A DNA stretch of 21,506 bases from Fonticula alba ATCC 38817 (GCA_000388065.2 KB932201.1), one strand, 5' to 3'. Shown: positions 9,196 through 19,785, numbered from the stretch's first letter. Program-made: numbers and translations. The notes: generated by a model not told the origin, from the letters alone.

Positions 9196-11663
9196 CTAGT
9201 TGTTCAGCAGCCGGTCGAGCTCCAGCATGCCATCAATGCGCATGCGTTTGCGCGCCGGCACATACGGAACAGTCTTGCTATCGAACCACACCCCATCAGC
9301 CGGGCGCCCGGAGAAGAGAGCCATGGCATGGGGATCCAGCGAACCAGGGGTCAATGACCCAGGGCCAGCGGAGGCAGCCGGCTGGCCACAGGCCGCTTCC
9401 GGCCCGGCAGTCCGCCGCTCCGGCGCATACCGCTGAACGTGTGGCATGGCCGGCGGCAGATGCAAACACACCATCGACAGATTGGAGCTCAGATCGCGGC
9501 GCATCTGATTGAATGCGCCATTTTCTAGGGAGCCGATTGCGAGTGGCCGGAGCCAGGACGGGAAGTGTCAGAGGGATGGCCAAAGGGGAAGGATGAAGCA
9601 CCATGCACATGGGGAGAAGGCGCAGACAGGGTGGGAGGGGCGGGCGGGCGGGCGGGAATGAGCAAGAGCACGCACCCGACGGGGCAGCAGCAGCCTGGCG
9701 GAGAATGGTCATCAGCGGTGTGTCCGGGGGGATGGCGGCCAAGCGAGCCTTCTGCCGGGCTGCCACCAGCGGAGCCTGTTGCTGGAGGAACTGACCGGCA
9801 TCAGCCACGGCTTGAGGGTCTTGCCTGGCCGCAGGGGCACCCCGGAGGTTGGGAGCATTCTGGGAGGAGGGTCTCCCCGTCTCAGTGGACGGCCCCCCGG
9901 CGCCATCGAGCCCACCTGCGGGGTGCCGGTCTCCGGCTTCAGCTCAACCGGACTCGCAGCAGGGGGACCCCGCTGGCCGACAGAGGTGCCAGTGGAAGGC
10001 ATGGCGCTGGGAGTAGGCCCGCCCGAGGCTGGAGGCGATTTGAGTGTCGGGGACCCATTCCGTGGTAGGCTGGGCCGAGAAGTGGCGCCTCGCGTAGTTG
10101 TCGCTGTCGCCGTGGCCGTCGGCATGGTGGTCTGAGAGTGGACTGGTTTGCCACTGCCGGGGGCAGTCGGTGGCACAGCAGTTGTTGGATCAGGTGCAGA
10201 GGGTGTCGGAGCGCCTGCCGCAACGGGAGGAACCGGAGTGGGCGAGGCAGCAGAACCAGACAGGGTGGGCGAGGGAGCCGAAGTGGCCGAATGGGTGACT
10301 GGCGCAGAGGGAGCGACCGGAGGAGAGGGCCCAATCGAAGAGGCTGGAGCGGTGCGGGGGGCCGAGGCAACAGCAGCACTGGCGGTGGAAGAAGAGACTG
10401 CCGATGGGGCGGCGGCGGCGGCGGCGGCGGCTGTTGGGGTTGTTGTCGCGACTGGGACGGCACTTGCGGCGCTCGAAGTTGTGGGTGATTGCTGTTGTGG
10501 AGAGGCGATTGGCGAGGCAGCAGAGGACGAAGAGGAGGATGTTGTGGAGGTGGTGGCCGATGAGGCGGAGGCTGACCCGGCGGCGGGGGTTCCCGCTGCC
10601 GAGGCAGGCGCCGTGGTGGCATTGGCCGCCGGGGTACCCAGCGCGGGGACTGCTGGGGCTGCGGCCGGGGGTGCGACAGCCGGCGCGGTGGTGGCCGTTT
10701 GATGCGACTCGTCCGACAGATCGACAATGATGTGTTCCGCTGTCGGTGGCTTGGGTCGATCTTCCCGGAGGACCATCTTCAGACGATCTGGCATCTGTGG
10801 CAGGACATTTGCCAGCTGGGGGTACATCTCCAGCAATTGCAGGCGTAGGGATTGCACCCTTTCGTGGGTCTTCTTCAGGGATTGCAGCGACTGGCCGACT
10901 TGCCGAGAGCGCAGATCCATGTCCATCTGGGTGTAGTTGTCACTGCGGACGACTTTGAGCAGGGGCTCATTTTGGTATTCCTGAATGCCAGCGGTTTTGA
11001 GGAGGCGTACCGGGGGTCAGCGGGGTGGGGGGTCAGTCTCAATTGTCTGACAGGCCTGGAAGGCGCAGCATCGAGCCAAGAGGGGCCACCCATGCGCGCA
11101 CCATGATGTAGCTCACGAACTGGCCACGCAAATTTGCCGCCCCAGAGAAAGAGGGGTCCCGCGAAAGGGTCTCCACAATTCGCAAAAGCTCCTTGATGTA
11201 GGCCTGGAAATCCTCCATGATGTTCTAGCGAGTCGAACAGGATGACGAGGTCAGCTATTCGCGCCACAAATGGGTGTGAAGGAAAGAACGGACGCACCTT
11301 AAATGTGTAGCCTTCTCGTCATGGGGGAGGGATATTGAGTTAGCTTTTGCATATAAAAAAGGACTGAACAAGGAAGGAGTAGAAAAGGACGAGGATGTTC
11401 CGGGAGTCGGGGGGACCATGGGGCAGGATGCGCACTTCCAGCGGGGGGACCCGAGGGCCCGGCTTTTTTCGGAGGCTCAGCCGATCGAGACGACGTGGCA
11501 AGGTGCCGCGATGGATCGCTGCCCATGGACGAAGAGGCTGAGGCGGAAGGAGTCGTGGCAGGAGTAGGTCCGGAGGTGGGCATGGAGGGCTGTTGCCAGG
11601 AATGTTGCTGCTGTTGCTGCTGCTGCTGCTGCTTTTGTTGCTGCGGCTGCGGCTGCGGCTGCG

Positions 11664-11694
<31 letters not shown>

Positions 11695-12339
11695 CTGCTG
11701 TGGCTGCTGCTGCTGCTGCTGCTGCTGCTGTGGCTGCTGCTGCTGCTGCTGCTTAGGCTGGTTCGATTGCTGCGGCTGCTGCGCATGATGCGGTTGCTGC
11801 GGCCGCTGCGGGTGCGAGGCATGCTGCGGATGCTGCGGATGCTGCGGGTGGTGGACATGCGAGGGATGTGGCTGCTGTTGCGGCTGCTGTGGTTGATATG
11901 GCTGGGAGGACTGGTGCGGTTGCGCGTGGGCATTTGCACCCGAGGCAGGCCCAGGAGCCTGAGAAGCGGTCGAATGGCTCGCGGGGGGTTGGCCAGGCCC
12001 AGGAGGCCGATAGGCGGGACTCGGTCCCTGTGGCCGAGGGGGCCCCTGGCCAGTCGCCCCGGCATGGCCTGGATGCGGAGTCTGCGACTGTTGGGCGTAT
12101 GCGTGCGGTGGCTGCTGCGAGTATGGCCCCGTTGAGGACATGTGGGGCTGCGGGCCACCAGTTGACACACCAGGGGGAGGAGGACGACCTGGCTGCGATG
12201 AGGTAGGCTGGGGCTGGGTCGACGCTGGGTGCATGCCTGGCTTAGGTGGACCAGGCGGAAGTGATGGTGCCTGGCCTGGCCCGGCTGATCGACCCGGGTG
12301 AATCTGATGGGCCTGAGACTGTTGCGGCTGCTGCGGGTG
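9196..12339 (-). CDS. 3' part of a large Q/P/H-rich low-complexity protein with a central helical domain; function unknown (weak MED15-like layout)
   Basis: Exons in transcription order: 12339-11436 (enters from gap), 11311-11298 (14 nt), 11224-11102, 10980-9676 (one frameshift near 9893-9898), 9524-9196 (stop TAG). All introns GT-AG with phases matching. Ordered core SYTFKNIMEDFQAYIKELLRIVETLSRDPSFSGAANLRGQFVSYIMEYQNEPLLKVVRSDNYTQMDMDLRSRQVGQSLQSLKKTHERVQSLRLQLLEMY. C-terminal basic motif PARKRMR. Confidence 0.82.
11298..11311 (-). other. 14-nt micro-exon (GCTACACATTTAAG)
   Basis: Preceded by GCTAAC branch site and AAG acceptor, followed by GTGCGT donor. Converts the phase-1 upstream exon end into the phase-0 start of exon 11224-11102 (G-S-Y-T-F-K-N). 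Confidence 0.7.
11605..11752 (-). repeat. Coding (CAG/CAA/CCG)n polyglutamine tract
   Basis: Encodes QQQQQQPQQQQQQQQQPQQQ...QPQPQPQQQKQQQ. Further polyQ blocks at about 18540-18690, 18862-18945 (QAQQ 12-nt unit) and 19205-19255. Confidence 0.95.
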
Positions 12340-13220
12340 NNNNNNNNNNNNNNNNNNNNNNNNNNNNNNNNNNNNNNNNNNNNNNNNNNNNNNNNNNNNN
12401 NNNNNNNNNNNNNNNNNNNNNNNNNNNNNNNNNNNNNNNNNNNNNNNNNNNNNNNNNNNNNNNNNNNNNNNNNNNNNNNNNNNNNNNNNNNNNNNNNNNN
12501 NNNNNNNNNNNNNNNNNNNNNNNNNNNNNNNNNNNNNNNNNNNNNNNNNNNNNNNNNNNNNNNNNNNNNNNNNNNNNNNNNNNNNNNNNNNNNNNNNNNN
12601 NNNNNNNNNNNNNNNNNNNNNNNNNNNNNNNNNNNNNNNNNNNNNNNNNNNNNNNNNNNNNNNNNNNNNNNNNNNNNNNNNNNNNNNNNNNNNNNNNNNN
12701 NNNNNNNNNNNNNNNNNNNNNNNNNNNNNNNNNNNNNNNNNNNNNNNNNNNNNNNNNNNNNNNNNNNNNNNNNNNNNNNNNNNNNNNNNNNNNNNNNNNN
12801 NNNNNNNNNNNNNNNNNNNNNNNNNNNNNNNNNNNNNNNNNNNNNNNNNNNNNNNNNNNNNNNNNNNNNNNNNNNNNNNNNNNNNNNNNNNNNNNNNNNN
12901 NNNNNNNNNNNNNNNNNNNNNNNNNNNNNNNNNNNNNNNNNNNNNNNNNNNNNNNNNNNNNNNNNNNNNNNNNNNNNNNNNNNNNNNNNNNNNNNNNNNN
13001 NNNNNNNNNNNNNNNNNNNNNNNNNNNNNNNNNNNNNNNNNNNNNNNNNNNNNNNNNNNNNNNNNNNNNNNNNNNNNNNNNNNNNNNNNNNNNNNNNNNN
13101 NNNNNNNNNNNNNNNNNNNNNNNNNNNNNNNNNNNNNNNNNNNNNNNNNNNNNNNNNNNNNNNNNNNNNNNNNNNNNNNNNNNNNNNNNNNNNNNNNNNN
13201 NNNNNNNNNNNNNNNNNNNN
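12340..13220. other. Assembly gap (881 N); other gaps at 1739-1748, 3137-3536, 5339-5606, 17348-17412
   Basis: N-runs in the sequence; most edges are poly-G/C or tandem repeats. Confidence 1.
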
Positions 13221-13465
13221 CCTTGGGTGCCCCCGCGATGTTCCCTCGCTGTGCCCCCCCGGGCGCGTGTCCGACGCACAAAGTGCCAGCCCCCCCCCCC
13301 CCCCCTCTCGCTCTCGGTCCCTCGCGCGTCCCCCCTCTCTTGGGCCCTCCCCGCACCTTCCGGTCTCCGGGTATGGAGAACAATACCAATGCAAATATAT
13401 GTCCTGCCATCCTCTCCTGGGCTGACTCTCGCTGCCCGTGGTGGGATGGACTTCGGCGCACGCCC

Positions 13466-13470
13466 AAAAA
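13466..13470 (-). terminator. RNA polymerase III T5 terminator of tRNA-Cys
   Basis: TTTTT on the - strand 3 nt after the discriminator base. Confidence 0.8.
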
Positions 13471-13473
13471 GAG

Positions 13474-13545
13474 AGGGCCCACCCGGGGTTGATCCGGGGA
13501 CCTGTCGATCTGCAGTCGACCGCTCTACCACTGAGCTATAGACCC
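13474..13545 (-). tRNA. tRNA-Cys(GCA): tRNA-Cys (anticodon GCA), intronless, with A54 T-loop variant
   Basis: GGGTCTA TA GCTC AGTGGTA GAGC G GTCGA CTGCAGA TCGAC AGGTC CCCGG ATCAACC CCGGG TGGGCCC T (72 nt). All four stems pair (two G-U in the acceptor stem), U73 discriminator typical of tRNA-Cys, A-box TAGCTCAGTGG. Confidence 0.95.
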
Positions 13546-13856
13546 GTTCACCTGACACTTGACCCTGAGTGAGAGGTTTTAAACAAATGTAACCATAATG
13601 TCACCTCCGACGCTGCGTCGGAACTTCGCTCCGCTCACCTCCTCCGCACCTGCCTCACCTCGCCCTGCTTTGTTTTCCCCTGCTGTCGCCTCCCCGCCAA
13701 AATTTGGTCACGCCCTCCACGTGATCAAATGGCCGGAGATCCATTTTTCTTTCCCCCTTTCCCCGTAGGTGGGTGTTAGCGTCGCCCGTCAACGATGCAA
13801 CCCATTCTCTCTCGCTTTCCCCTTCTTTCCCATGTATTTCCTCTTTTCCGGGCACC

Positions 13857-13868
13857 CCTATATAAGGG
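13857..13868 (+). promoter_or_regulatory. TATA-like element (CCTATATAAGG)
   Basis: TATATAAG in an otherwise GC-rich context upstream of the furin-like relic. Motif only; no transcript evidence. Confidence 0.2.
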
Positions 13869-15029
13869 CCCCCTTCTCGCGCCTCCCCTCCAAAAGGGCT
13901 CAGCACCTTGAAGGATAGTCATTCTCTTTGCGGAGGCCGTGACTACCCGTTTCCCTGCCTCTGTACGTCGCTCCCCTGGAGCGGTGTGACTCAGTCCCTG
14001 ATGTACTCTCTATAAAGACGCAGATCACCAGCTTTCCTTTCTTTTGTTGTTGTGTCCACGTCCGAGTGGTGACCCTCTCGGGACGGAACACTCTGGGTGG
14101 TTCAGGGAAGGCCCTCACCGGTCCCCCAGAATCACACACCAGAACCGGAGTGTTTCAACAAATCCAGCCTCAGACACGAGTGCAGCTATCCCTCTGCCCG
14201 TGCTCATCATACACACGCGCACATCCAAGGCTTCATCTGGATCTCCTTCATAAGGTCGCCCTTTCCCCGCCTGTGCCTTGAGCCAGTGTCTCTTGTGTGT
14301 GTGTCCGGCGATTTGCCTTCGCGCGCCAAGCATTGCTCAGCATATGACTCCGGCAAGCCGCCAGATTCAGCGGTTCATTGCGGAATCTGACGCTCAACAG
14401 CGGCACATTCGGCTCAGATGGTCGAAGCTATCTTCGCCCTCATGTCTGATTGTCCTTACGGATCGGTACCAACCGGCCCCGCTTTTTCCCCTCCTTTTCT
14501 AGCCTCGGCCCTTGGGAGATTGCAGGCATGTCTGTTTCGGGTCGTCTCAGCGTGGCAGGGCCAGGATCAATACCTTCTGCCCTCCCCCTCCCCCCCACTC
14601 CAGCCAGGGACTGCCGTGGGGATGGCTCAGAGAGAGGCACAGCAGCAGGTGACGGGGACACCAGTACTTGAGTATTCCACCTGCCTGGCTAGGGGGGGGG
14701 TTCTCGTTGGTTTTGCCCCACCGGACGCGAGGGCGCCGTGTCTTGGCCATGTTCAGCTCCGATCATCGTCTTCCCTCCACGCCCAGAGGCTTCTCCTTTG
14801 GCAGCCCGAGGACTCCGCCTGTCTCGCTAGTTGAATTCCGGGGGGAGGGGGCGGCTCGGCGTCAGGGTCACGAGGGCCGGGAAGAATTGTCCTCCTCGCC
14901 CTGACACCCGACGGAAGCCAACTGCAGAGATAAGGCTTTTGAGCCAGCCATCTTGGGGAACAGCACTGTTTGCTGAGCAATATAGTCCCCCCTCTGACCC
15001 TCTGTTGAGCCCCCATCCTCCCGCTCTGA

Positions 15030-17306
15030 CCTCCACCAAATGCTCGATGTCGGACTCCTGTCGCTTTGACTGTGGAGATCATTGTTGGTGCGGATGCCCG
15101 TCCGCCCATTGGGGCTGGCTGAAGCGATGGCCGCCCTTTCCATGGCTGCCCAGCTGCCAGAAGCCCCTCTCCGGCTGGGTGCCACGCCCCTGGACCGAGT
15201 CCCCTGGGTAAGGGTCAATCGTCTGAATTGCATGACCAGCTGCGTGCCATGTACCCTGTCGGGATCTTGCACTCCCTGCCAGCCAGGATACCCCTCCTGC
15301 CCAGCGGATACCTCGGTAGACGGACCTATGTGCACTCCTTGTCCGGTTGGCTGCGCAAAATGCACTCTGTTAGACCATTGCACCCGTCGCATTCTCGGCC
15401 GACCATCAACAGCAGAGCGCCCTCAGTGCGACTGATTAACCGCAAGGAGCCCATGCCGAAATCACCGGCTGCGATGCCGTCCGATCGGCCACATCAACAG
15501 CATCTGGGATAATGCTGTTTGTTTTTTTTTCCTTTTGCACCACTGATACTTCCAGGCATTCAAGTACATGTCGATATTTCCACCTTGAAGACGCCTACGC
15601 TTCGGTGGACAGATGCATTGGTTACCGGGCTGCATTTGCCGCGCGTGTCCGGCGGAATCAGCCTACACGTTGCAAACCGCGCCTCATCGCGCATGCGTCC
15701 CATTGCTTTGGGGCTTGTCCGAACGCATTCATCGCCCATCAGGGCAAGTGCCCTGCCTGTTTGGATGACTGTGCCAAGAGCGACTCCGGCCACTTCATGC
15801 ACCAAGGCATTCGCCCCGGCATTTGCCCGTGGGGCTTCTACCCGGGCCATGGCACATGCGCTCCCTTCTCAGAAGGGTGCGATGGATGCACTCTGTCACA
15901 TGAATGCATCAAAGGCAAGCCCCGGCTCCAAGAGACATAACAACGCTTGGCAGTGGGCCTGCCCAGGCCGGCGGTGCTTTCTCGGCCCCACTCGCATCCA
16001 GCATCCTGGCTATTGCGTGGCCCACACCTCGCCGACTCGATGCAGTGCCTGTATCTCTGGGGCGCTACCGGCATCGAGTCACTTGTTTGGCGAGTAGGTA
16101 CAATGGCACTTTCAAGGATTGTGGGCTCTGGGCCGTTTGTCCGGCAAACTGTGCTGCACGCTTATCTGCCCTTCGAGTGTGCAAGTTGCTCGAGGGGGGG
16201 ATTTTCTTCATCGACAATCTTACCCTGCCACTTGTTTGAAAAGATTTCTCCCGGCTACGGGGGCTTCTTCATTCCGGCTCGGAAGAGCGGGCCGCTGGCG
16301 CATGGGTCGCATCCTGCGAGACATGTACTGCCGGGAGATTCCCGCAGGGCGAGACTTGCCATCGGGGCCGCCTAGTTGGCACACTTTCCCTCTGGCCATA
16401 AATACATGTCCTGTTCGGACAGCTGTGTCTGCTCCTTGGTCCCTAGTGCCTATGCCAGTAACATGGTGCTCTTGACAGCCACACAAGCCGGAGAGGACAC
16501 GCTCCGTATGGCCAATTGCCTACTGGCTCAGAGCACAGGGCATATGCAGTGCGAGCTTTGTGCCAGGGGGTGTCCCGCCTGCCAGTTGGGGTCCCCCGCT
16601 GGCGAAGCTGGGAGCTCACTCTGCCTCGAGGGATACAAGTGCGGATTCCCCACGGCCAGTGGCCCAGTACCAGGGCTCAATTGCTGCCTGTCTGCCTGGG
16701 CGAATGGCCACTCCCCGCTGTGGTAGGGCGGGCGCATTTGAGCGCCCCCCTCCAATCCCGAGCCCCTACGTACGCCATCTGGTATCGGCTGCCTGCTGCA
16801 CAATGGTGGCAAGCCCGCGCATTGTACACACGGCACGCGTCGTGTGCTGTTGTGGTCCGCAGAAGCGGCCAGATCCTGTGCAGGCTCCTGCCCGGCGGAC
16901 AGTGTCGCGGTCGGGCGATCGCACATCGCGTGTGCCGGCTCACGCGAAGACCCCCTTATGTCCTGTGTCCCCCAACAACTAACTGTACATTAATACGTGC
17001 CGTCTATTGAACCACTGTCCACCAGAACACTGCCCCGAGGTTGGGTGGGTGAGAGGCCTGCCGGGGAAGTTGCGGCCAGCCTGGCGAGGCACGACGGTGT
17101 GCCGCTTGCTCACTACGCCTTCTTCTGGCCGGCGGTCGCAGCCCTACTGTTCAGATGGGATTCTCCTCCACAACGAGGCCCACAACAAAGACACCCGTGG
17201 GACCCCGTGCGACGCCTCCTGCGCCGAGTGCGTGGGACCCACTCCGGAGCAGCGAACTCCCCACACTGGACACCGGTCTGACGCAAATGGGCCCTTGCGA
17301 AGCTGA
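15030..17306 (+). pseudogene. Decayed furin-like (growth-factor-receptor) cysteine-rich repeat gene
   Basis: CxxC-type repeats scattered across all three + frames with stops and frameshifts: CMTSCVPCTLSGSCTPCQPGYPSCP..CTPCPVGCAKCTLLDHC (15229-15390); CFGACPNAFIAHQGKCPACLDDC..CPWGFYPGHGTCAPFSEGCDGCTLSHEC (15700-15910); CPANCAA and ECASCSRG (16140-16200); QCELCARGCPAC (16545-16585); PCDASCAECVGPTPEQ (17205-17255). Several canonical Cys positions are substituted. Confidence 0.72.
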
Positions 17307-17412
17307 TTGTCCTGGGGGCTGGGTCGCCTCGGAGGGGGGGGGGGGGGNNNNNNNNNNNNNNNNNNNNNNNNNNNNNNNNNNNNNNNNNNNNNNNNNNNNN
17401 NNNNNNNNNNNN

Positions 17413-19785
17413 TGCTGCGGGTGTTGCGGGTGCTGCGGATGCTGCGGATGCTGAGGATGACCAGCCGACCGCTGGGCGGCAGCCGCTGCCGCGGCATACG
17501 CCTGCTCAGCTGGCGAGCGTCCTGGCTGCCCAGTCGCCGAAGGATAGGCCGGGGAGCTGCCATCAGGCGGTTTGGCTTGGTAGGTCGAGGCCGGCGCAGA
17601 AGGAGGGTGTGGGGGGAACTGGAAGGCATTTGAGCCACGGCGTTCCATGGGATTGGCCGCTTGAGGAGGAGCAGGGCCGCGCGAGGAGGCTGCCGCGGGC
17701 CCGGGGTATTGCCCCGAAGGAGCCGACCCTGGAGGATGGTGACTGGTCATGGGCATTCGCTGTGGCTGGCCCTGGCTTTGTACCTGCGGCTGGCGTTGCG
17801 ATGCGGCCTGGGGATGATGTGTTGAAGGATGACCAGGCAAGATGGGGTTTTTTTTTTGGAGATCGACACATCAGGTTGGTTAATCAGCGAAGTGGAGGGA
17901 AACATGGAGAGGGGGGTTTCATTTTGGTCTTCTTTTTCTCGCAGCCCTAAAAAAAAACACGCACCTGGGCCTGAGCAGCGGCTGTCGCAGCGGCGGCTGC
18001 GGCCGCGTGCCCCATTGCATGGTCGTCCATTTGGATGGAGGACCTCCGAGCGTGCTCATGTCCAACCATGCCAGCATGCGCGTGATGAGGAGCCTGCGAG
18101 GGGGGCTGGCCCGGTCGAGGCTGTGACTGCGATTGAGGCTGTGGCGGCGGTTGCGACGGCGGTTGAGATTGCGACTGGGACTGTGGCTGGGACGGATTCT
18201 GCGATTGGGCCGTTGGGTGATGGTGCGGCGAGTGTTGAACATGCTTCTGGGGCATTTGGACGTGGGAATGCTGCGGCATGTGATGTGCGCTTGACTGCTG
18301 GGAATGGCCCGGCTGCTGCGGATGCCCTGGCTGCTGCAGGTGCCCTGGTTGCTGGGGACGATGCGGCTGAGAGGGTGCTCCATAATGTGCCTGCCCCGGT
18401 TGTCCAGGGTGTGCAGGACGGGTTTGCACGGCACCGGCAGGAGCTGCGGGCATGGTATGGTGCGGCGACTGGCCCGATAGTGTTGGTGGTGTTTGTCCAG
18501 GCGCCGAAGCTGATGCACCTGCCCCAGGCCCCTGAGGGTGTTGCTGCTGCTGCTGCTGCTGTTGTTGTTGTTGTGACTGCGGTTGCGCCTGGGGCTGTGG
18601 CTGTTGTTGTTGAGACGTGTGGCTATGGTACAACGGGCGGGCAGCCGGTTGCTGCTGCTGCTGCTGCTGCTGTTGCTGCTGTTGCTGCTGTTGATGTGAT
18701 GGCTGACCATGCACGCCAGTCATCCGCGGATCATGCGGACGGGCACTCGGAGCAGAAGATACACCACCTGGGGCCAAAGCACTCGGCGCCTGGTTGTACG
18801 CGCCACGAGCAGCGGGAACCGGTGCTTGCTTCGGGTCAGCGGAGCCCGGCAGCCCATAAACGCCAGGACGCTGCTGTTGCTGTTGCGCTTGCTGCTGCGC
18901 TTGCTGCTGCGCCTGCTGCTGTGCTTGCTGCTGCGCTTGCTGCTGCGCGTGAGAATGGGCATGCGGTTGCCCATGAGACGGGGCATGGACATGCTGGTGG
19001 GACGGGTAGCTGGCGGTCGCACCGGTAGCTGCCTGGGGACTGGGCGAGGAGCCACCATGCTCCGGCCGGTGGGCATACTGCGCGCTGGCCGGAGTACCCG
19101 AGTATGCATGGGCCGGGTGGTGTCCTGGAGCGGGGCCACCGGGTCCCGGAGGGACGCCCGGGTGGGAGAAAGACCCCCGGCGGCGAAGCTGATCCATGTT
19201 TGCCTGTTGCTGCTGCTGCTGCTGCTGCTGCTGTTGCTGATGCTGCTGCTGCATGGCATGCTGTTGTGCTTGCTGCTGGTGTGCCATGGCAGCAGCGGCG
19301 GCGGAAGGGCCACCGCCGCCCCCGCCACCGCCACCGCCACCGCCACTAGCCTGTGCATAGTGTGGATCATAGCCGGCAGCCGGTCGGCCAGCAGACGGCA
19401 TAAGTCCCGGGGGAGGCCGCTGGGTCAGGTGCGGGTGTTGCCCTGCGACAGGAGGCGCCGCACTTCCAGATGGCGGACCCTGCGGGCCTCCAGCGCCGGC
19501 AGGATGGATGTACTGGTGAGGCTGTCCTGGACGCGGGCCGGCGCCAGGCTGTGCGGCGTAGTAGGCACCGCCAGGAGCGCCAGAAACACCACGCTGATCC
19601 GGGTGGACCATCATGCCGCCTGGTGGCCCGGCCGGCTGGCCCTGCGGAGGATGGCCATGCTGAGGATGGCTGCCATGTGGAATCGGCGCGTATTGAGGGG
19701 CCCCCGGTGGGGGGGGCTTGGTCCCAGCCCCGGGCATGTGAGGCGGTTGGCCCCGGGAGTCGGGCACCGGCTGCGGGGGTGCCAT
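17413..19785 (-). CDS. 5' part of the same Q/P/H-rich protein (exon 19785-17965 plus exon 17807-17413 running into gap)
   Basis: ATG at 19785 with in-frame TGA just upstream; 607-codon exon rich in Q/P/G/H/A. Donor CAG|GTGCGT at 17964, acceptor CCCCAG|GCC at 17808 (phase 0: AQAQ|AASQRQ). Ends in (HPQ)n repeats at the gap edge. Confidence 0.8.

Noticed and set aside
11495-12135. + strand poly-Cys and poly-Leu ORFs
   Set aside because: Antisense readings of the CAG polyglutamine tract.
11299-13558. 684-727 aa ORFs spanning the 881-N gap
   Set aside because: Artefacts of translating through Ns; the sequence on the two sides is unrelated (tRNA region versus Q-rich exon).
13606-13622. Perfect 8-bp inverted repeat TCCGACGC-T-GCGTCGGA upstream of the tRNA
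   Set aside because: Single short GC-rich palindrome with a 1-nt spacer; expected by chance in 21 kb.
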